Assembly: GCF_009914755.1 (NCBI RefSeq)
Contig: NC_060929.1
DNA from: the human T2T-CHM13v2.0 reference genome, Homo sapiens
Reading direction: 5' to 3' (one strand)
DNA length: 64,000 bases
The position numbers and the translations under genes were made by a program. This document shows positions 57,640-64,000 of the stretch, one piece after another; the stretch's first letter is position 1; each line of letters opens with the position of its first letter. The notes below the pieces were generated by a model, which made no database searches, was not told the origin of the DNA, and saw only the letters and a list, made by a program, of their open reading frames with translations.

Positions 57640-58197
57640 AATTTAGTTATCTATTGATGTGTAAAAAATTACCCAAATATCTAGCAGTATAAAGCAACAA
57701 ACATTAATTATGTTGCAGGTTATCATGGTCAAAAATCGGAGGGAAGTTTAGCTGACTGTATCTCACAATGTTTCAATGTGTTGGCCAGGGCTGCAGTCTT
57801 CTGAGGCTTCAGTGGGGATGATCTATTTCTAAGCTCATGATTGTTCACAGGCTTCACTGGCTTTTGGTGAAAGACATTGGTTTCTTGCCATGCGCAATCC
57901 TTCAAGAGCAGCTTATAACATGACAGCTTGTTATGAGATCTTTAAGTAAGTGTAAGGGGGAAGAGAAACAGAGTGAGAGAGAAGAACACAGGGAAGGGGA
58001 GAGGAATAGAGAAATTGAAGTTATGGTTCTTTTATAACCTAATTTTAGAAGTGACATCCCCTTATTTTTGCCATATTCTATTTATGAGAAGTGTCACTAG
58101 GTCCTGCCCTCACTCAAGGGAAAGGGGTATTGAAACACATGAACATCAGGAGGCAGGGATCATTGGCAGATAGATACCTCAGAGGCTGTCTCTTACA
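57640..58197 (-). mobile_element. MLT1 (F/G-like) solo LTR inside degraded L2 sequence
   Basis: ttagttatctattg...taaagcaacaaac...ggccagggctgcagtc...tagaagtgacatcccctta..tttgccatattctatt...ttaca. Confidence 0.7.
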
Positions 58198-61100
58198 TTT
58201 TTATCTTCTCAGACTTCCCAAACCTCCCTTTTCCATCCTCACTCTCACCTGATAATTTTTATTTCTGTGGTATAAAAAACAAAAGACCACCATGGGCTGC
58301 CACCACAATATCTACCTACTTTTATGTTGTGCCAATATTTTCTTGCTTCTTCTTGTTCTCTGGATGTGTTGTCTTTGCACACCTAACCTAAAGCCAACCT
58401 CAAACTTGTGCAACAGAGCACATGCCCTTTTGCATACTTAAGGATTTGCTACAATAATTTTCCCCCTTTTTCTGCAGCATAAAATTTTTTTTGGTTGGAT
58501 TATTCACATCAGCTTATAATTTCTTACATCTTCAAAAGTCTCTCTTGATTACACAAGCCTTATAGCCACTTTCCCATTTCTGTCTACTTACAAAATGTGT
58601 TTCAATTCCTTATTCTAATTCCTCTTTTTCTATATCCTCTACAATGATTATATTGCACCAGGATATTGAAACTGTGCTTATCTCTTTGGAGTTTTTCTTT
58701 CTTTTCAGTGCTATTCTTTGTAGCTGAAATTATGTTGTTATAATCCTTCATACAGAATAGATAAAGCAAATGGATGTGGGAAGATTCAAAAATTTCAAAA
58801 TAACCAAGAGATCTAAGGTGTATAATCTTTCATCAGTGGGTATGGTTCCTGTAAAATAGCAAGTTCAGTTCCTAAATTGGAACATTTTCAGTTTACCAGT
58901 GACAGAATATTTGTTGGGTAGCAATCAAACTGCCTAGTGGTAAATGTATTCTTTGTGTTCCGTGATGTAATGACCACTTCCTCTTTGAAAATTTTCTTAT
59001 CCTCTTACTTCCGAAATATATTTAAATTTAAAAGATGAAATAAGTTGTGAAAAATTATAACCCTTTGCATCCTGGAGTGACAAATGCATTTATTCTTAAA
59101 TAAAACTCCCTTATTCCTGGTGCTGCTAAATAATACATACATAAAACACCCACATCCCATTTCCCCCCCATATTGTGTTTACCTGGGATTTTCTGGAAGT
59201 CATTTGAAGCTGAGAATTGGTCTGCTATGTTTTATTTTTTTGTTTTGAAGAGAATGAGTTTATTAGAAGAAATATCACTCAGCTTTAGAACAATGCTATA
59301 AAATATCATTTTCATTAGTTTAATCACAGAATCTGTTTAAGCTTCATGACAAACACTAGTAAAGACATGGTTCTAAGGATAAAAGTGTTTAGGGTCTTAT
59401 AACCTGGACATCCAAATCCAAGTGAAATCTGACCCCAAGGCTCAACACAAAGCTTCCAGAAGGTATGCTATGTTTTAAAAATGTTCCGATGGTTTCAGTT
59501 CTCGCAGGACCAAGGGAGTCTTTTCTATGGGTCAGGCTGATGCTATTCAGTCAATATGCATGACCTCCTTGAATTTATATGCCCCAAATGTCTGTATAAA
59601 TCATCATTTAAATAGAGTTCCAAGGCAACAAAGGCAATTCCCATTACAGTCCTAGCTGTTAAATTTGGATACTAACAGTATAAGTTTAGATTTATTACCT
59701 CCTATAAAATCACAGCATTGTTATTGCTTGACTTGCAATAACTCCTTTATTTCTTAAAGGAACACCCTACTCCTGAAGGAGTAAAATAGACCCTCAAAAG
59801 GGATGTTACTAACACATACAATGATCCTCATTTTATAGCATTCCTCCATGCCAAATGATACTTCTCTAGAATTCTGAGCCCTCACTACAGTGTTTTCAAT
59901 CCTGACCCATATGCTATGGTTTGTGTTACAGAGCTGTTCAAGATTGCTGAGCTTTTGCTATTAAGAATTAAATCATTTTTAAAGGCCCAGGAGGATCTGT
60001 TCTCCACTGAGAGAAATACACATTTGAGAGAAAATCAAAATGTACAACAACATGGCAAATAGTTGTAAAAAAATGAGCAGGACTGTCTGAAATCTACCAC
60101 CATTGACAATGTCCCTTTAATTAACCCCTGGCGACTAGTAACTTTTTTTTTTTCATCTTGAAGGCATAGTCTGTATTTTCAGTGGAGTTCCCCAAAACAC
60201 AAGGAGGATTTGTTTACTGCACGATGACTCCAGATAAATGCACTTGTCTTGGTGCTTTTGTGAATATCAATTTACTCAGAAATGGCTTCTACCGTCAACT
60301 GCCCTATTAAATCAACGGCCCTGCTACAAGGCAGGAAGTAATGAGTCATAAAGAATAAAGAAAAGACTATATCCTAAAGTGGTGTGCAGTGAAAGATCTA
60401 GGGAAAATGGCTGTTAATTTTGAGCAGGGCCTTCAAAGATATATTTGATTTGAGTATGTGACTAGAGGGATGGGAAAGTGAGGGAGGACACTGCAGACAT
60501 AGAATAATGCCCCCCAAAAGCACAGGAGATACTAAGGTATAAAAAGTCATGCTTGGGACTACAGATCCATGCATACCAATTTATCCTACCAAAAACGTAT
60601 GAAAATATTTTTAATTGAATTTTAAAATAAAAACCTCATTATTGTTTTTTAAAAAAGGCATGCTTTTTTAAGGCATGAAATTTACTAGTCAGATTGTAGG
60701 TGGAAGAAATAAAGTAGTACAAGACAATCTTGAAAAGATGAGCTTGTAGCCACATTTGATCAGGCCCCGAATTCCAGACTGAAAGTTTCAACTTTACTCT
60801 GTGAGCATCGGGGCATTTGCAATTTCTTCAATTCCTTGACCCTTGCTTTTCCCAGCTTCCCAAGGCAGCATTAATTGATAGGCATAACTGTGATCTAGAC
60901 TCAACCCTGCTCAGAGCAGGAGGTATACCAGCACTCTGTTATCACGATTCGCTAGGACTTGGAATCACATTGTGTTGCCAGCTAGATCTATAATCTGGCA
61001 TGATATGTAGGTTCTTGGGCCCACGAAACCGCTGAGCTGTTGCAATTTCTGTCTTGCCATGTTGGGCTGGTGAAGCTGCAAAGAGAGTGGTGGAAAAAGC

Positions 61101-61223
61101 TTCATATGAAAGTCTTTTCAGTTATCTGGGTAAATATCTCGCTTTCCAATTAACACTGACACTCTCCTGGATTGCAACATACTCTTCTGCTATCCTTTTC
61201 ACCCCGACCCCTCACCTCCCGCC

Positions 61224-61580
61224 TTTTTTTCCCAACTTTTATTTTCGGTTCAAAGGACATATGTGCAGGTTTGTTATATTGGTAAATTGTGTGTCACTGA
61301 AGTTTGGTGTACAAATGATCTCAGCACCCATATAGTGAACATAGTACCCAAGAGGCAGTTTTTCAGGCTTCAAGACCCTACAATCCTCCCGCTCTTAGTA
61401 GTCCCCAGCGCCCAGTGTCTATTGCTCCTGTCTTTATGTCCGTATGTACAGAATGTTTAGCTCTACGTATAAGTAAGAACATGTGGTATTTGGTTTTCTG
61501 TTCTTGCATTAGGTCACTTAGGATAATGGCCTCTAGCCATAACCATGTTGCTGTAAGGGACATGATTTCATTCTTTTTTT
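61224..61580 (-). mobile_element. L1PA16/L1PB-like 3' end
   Basis: ORF 61378-61563 reads ATWLWLEAIILSDLMQEQKTKYHMF, the ORF2 C-terminus, together with antisense 3'UTR. Confidence 0.85.
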
Positions 61581-61589
61581 AAATTTGTC

Positions 61590-62012
61590 CATTAGATTGA
61601 TTTAAACATCTACCATGTAAACATGTATCAAAACACCGGATAGTACTCCAGAAATATGTAATACATACAATTATCATTTGTCAATCGAAAATTAAGACTA
61701 TTGAAAAATAAAAAATAAAATTAAAATGTCATTTTTGACATATAACATTCAGAAAAATTCATATCATATATTAATTTTCACAATTTTAACACATCTGAGT
61801 AACCAGCACCAAATTAAGACTCAATATATCACCAGTCTCTGAAACCTCTCCTGTGCATCCTTCCATTCACTATTCCCCCAATGCTAATAGCATTGATTAG
61901 TTTGCTTGCTTTTGTCCTCTACACATCTAGAATTATACAGTGTGGAGTCATTTGTGTCTAATTTCTTTCACTCAATGTTATGTTAATGAGATTCATTCAG
62001 ATGTTTGCAGTA
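61590..62012. mobile_element. L1MA 3' tip (+, to about 61725) followed by an L1ME-like 3' fragment (-)
   Basis: catgtatcaaaacac...tacaattatcatttgtcaat plus A-rich tail, then gtaaccagcacc...tttcactcaatgttatgttaatgagattcattc. Confidence 0.55.
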
Positions 62013-62018
62013 AACTCC

Positions 62019-63380
62019 TTTTTAAACTTTTATTTTAAATTCTGGGGTACATGTGCAGGTTTGTTATATAGGTAAACTTGTGTCATGGATGTTTGTTGTA
62101 CAGATTATTTCATCGCCCAGATATTAAGCCTAGTAACCATTAGTTATTTTTCCTAATCCTCTCCCTCCTCCCACCCTCCACCCTCCAATAGGCTCTAGTG
62201 TGTGTTGTTTCCCTCTACGTGTCCATGTGTTCTCATCATTTAGCTCCTAATTAATGTGTAGTATTTGTTTTTCTGCTCCTGCATTAGTTTGCTAAGGATA
62301 ATTGCCTCCAGTTTCATCCACATTCCTGTGAAAGACATGATTGCATTCTTTTTTATGGCTGTATAGTATTTCATGGTGTATATGTACCACATTTTCTGTA
62401 TCCAGCCTATCATTGATGGGCATTTGGGTTGACTCCATGTCTTTGCTATTGCAAATAGTGCTGCAATGAGCATATGTGTGCATGTGTCTTTATAATAGAA
62501 TGGTTTATATTCCTTTGGGTATATACTCAGTAATGGATTGTTGACTTGAATGGTATTTCTGTCTTTTGATCTTTGAGGAATCGCCACACTGTCACAATGG
62601 TTGAACTAATTTATGCTCCCACCAACAGTGTATGAGTGTTTCTTTTTCTTCACAACCTTGCCAGCATCTGTCATTTTTTGACTTTTAATAATAGCCATTC
62701 TGACTGGTGCAAGATGATATCTCATTGCCGTTTTGATTTGCACTTCTCTAATGATTAGTGATGTTGAGCTTTTTTTTTCATAGGATTGTTGGCTGCATGT
62801 ATGTCTTCTTTTGAAAAGTGTCTGTTCATGTCCTTTGGCCACGTTTTAATGTTTTTTTTTCCTTGTAAATTTGTTTAAGTTTCTTATAGATGCTGAATAT
62901 TACACCCTTGCCAGATGCATAGTTTGCAAAAATTTTCTCCCATTTGTAGGTTGTCTGTTTACTCTGTTGATAGTCTCTTTTGCTGTGCAGAAGATCTTTA
63001 GTTTAATTAGATCCCATTTGTCAATTTTTCCTTTTTTGCAGTTGCTTTTGGCATCCTTGTCATGAAATCTTTGCCTGTTCCTATGTCCTGAATGGTATTG
63101 CCTATGTTGTCTTCCAGGGTTTTTATAGTTTTGGGTTTTAAATTTAAGTCTTTAATACATCTTGAGTTGATTTTTGTATATGGTGTAAGGAAGGGGGTCC
63201 AGTTTCAATCTTCTGTATATGGCTAGTCAGCTGTCCCAGCACCATTTATTAAATAGGGAATCCCTTCCTCATTGCTTGATTTTGTCAGGTTTGTTGAAGA
63301 TCAGATAGCTATAGGTGTGTGGTCTTATTTCTGGGTTCTGTATTCTGTTACATTGGTCTATATGTCTGTTTTTGTACCAC
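62019..63380 (-). mobile_element. 5'-truncated older L1PA (about L1PA11-15), 1.35 kb
   Basis: ORFs 62240-62587 and 62606-62842 are ORF2 C-terminal remnants. Antisense 3'UTR at 62019-62250. Confidence 0.92.
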
Positions 63381-63602
63381 TTTTCTTATATCCTTAAACC
63401 CTCCTGAATGCTTGTAAGTCCCTTTTGGGGAGACGTAGGCCATTATATCCTGAACTTCTGGTAACAGGCCGGTGTTCTGCCAAAGAAGGAATTTGTGGAA
63501 GTCTTACTGCATTTTCTCCCACATAATTCTTCTCTTTTGGTCAGATTAAACTCCCTGCTACTGCAGCCTCTTAAAAAAATCCACCTAAGCCTTGCTTAAG
63601 AT

Positions 63603-63617
63603 TGCCATCTGCTGGCA
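63603..63617 (-). promoter_or_regulatory. CTCF core-like motif
   Basis: Minus strand reads TGCCAGCAGATGGCA, matching CCASYAGRKGGCR. Motif match only. Confidence 0.4.
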
Positions 63618-64000
63618 TTTTGCCTGAGACTTCGCAGATACCCAGCCTATGGGCAATTGTTATAACTGCTTCTCCCAGTTCCAGATTTTGCTCTCTCTTT
63701 GCCAGCCTATGATTATGTGGTCCCAGCATGCATCACGCTAAAAGGGGATAGGCAAATCTGATCTGCATATGTGCTTATAACACGGTATGTATAAATCATT
63801 TTAAATAAAAATGTTTTAAGGTTACTATTGAGAAATTCTAGGCATGCAAGTGGCAAAGATACACATAAGCAAAATAAACATATTTACAATCTGAGAAAAG
63901 AGAATAGTTCTGGGAAAGAAGTAGCACCTCAAAATTGTCAACTACAAGTAATATATATTCTACTCAGATTTACCTAGCCCATTAAGAAATCATTTTTTAT

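Noticed and set aside
60649-60671. Near-palindrome ttaaaaaaggcatgcttttttaa
   Set aside because: Mostly A/T homopolymer arms with a bulge, so low information content.

Overview
AT-rich, CpG-poor primate genomic DNA, most likely human because it carries an AluYb-lineage element and L1PA3-5-like copies. I can support no protein-coding gene. The short ORFs in the track are mostly Alu or L1 translation products, or chance ORFs. A large share of the window is retroelement debris: nested L1s (L1M/L1MA hosts with L1PB/L1PA guests), ten Alus or Alu fragments, a two-LTR MST (MaLR) element, MLT1 LTRs, L2, MIR and a hAT MITE. The most notable structures are: (i) three L1 insertions that each combine a twin-priming 5' inversion with a 3' transduction, two of them nested in one another at 39.6-42.55 kb to form a long inverted repeat with shared non-consensus variants; (ii) a CpG-decayed AluYb-lineage element with an extra insertion; (iii) a probable 3'UTR-only retrocopy; (iv) several ultra-short TPRT insertions, most with target-site duplications (TSDs); (v) candidate minus-strand non-coding exons; and (vi) a 32-bp hairpin, a palindromic NF-kB site and a CTCF-like motif. 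Subfamily names come from recalled consensus features, not from a RepeatMasker run, and element boundaries are approximate. I see no evidence of a wholly new biological system.
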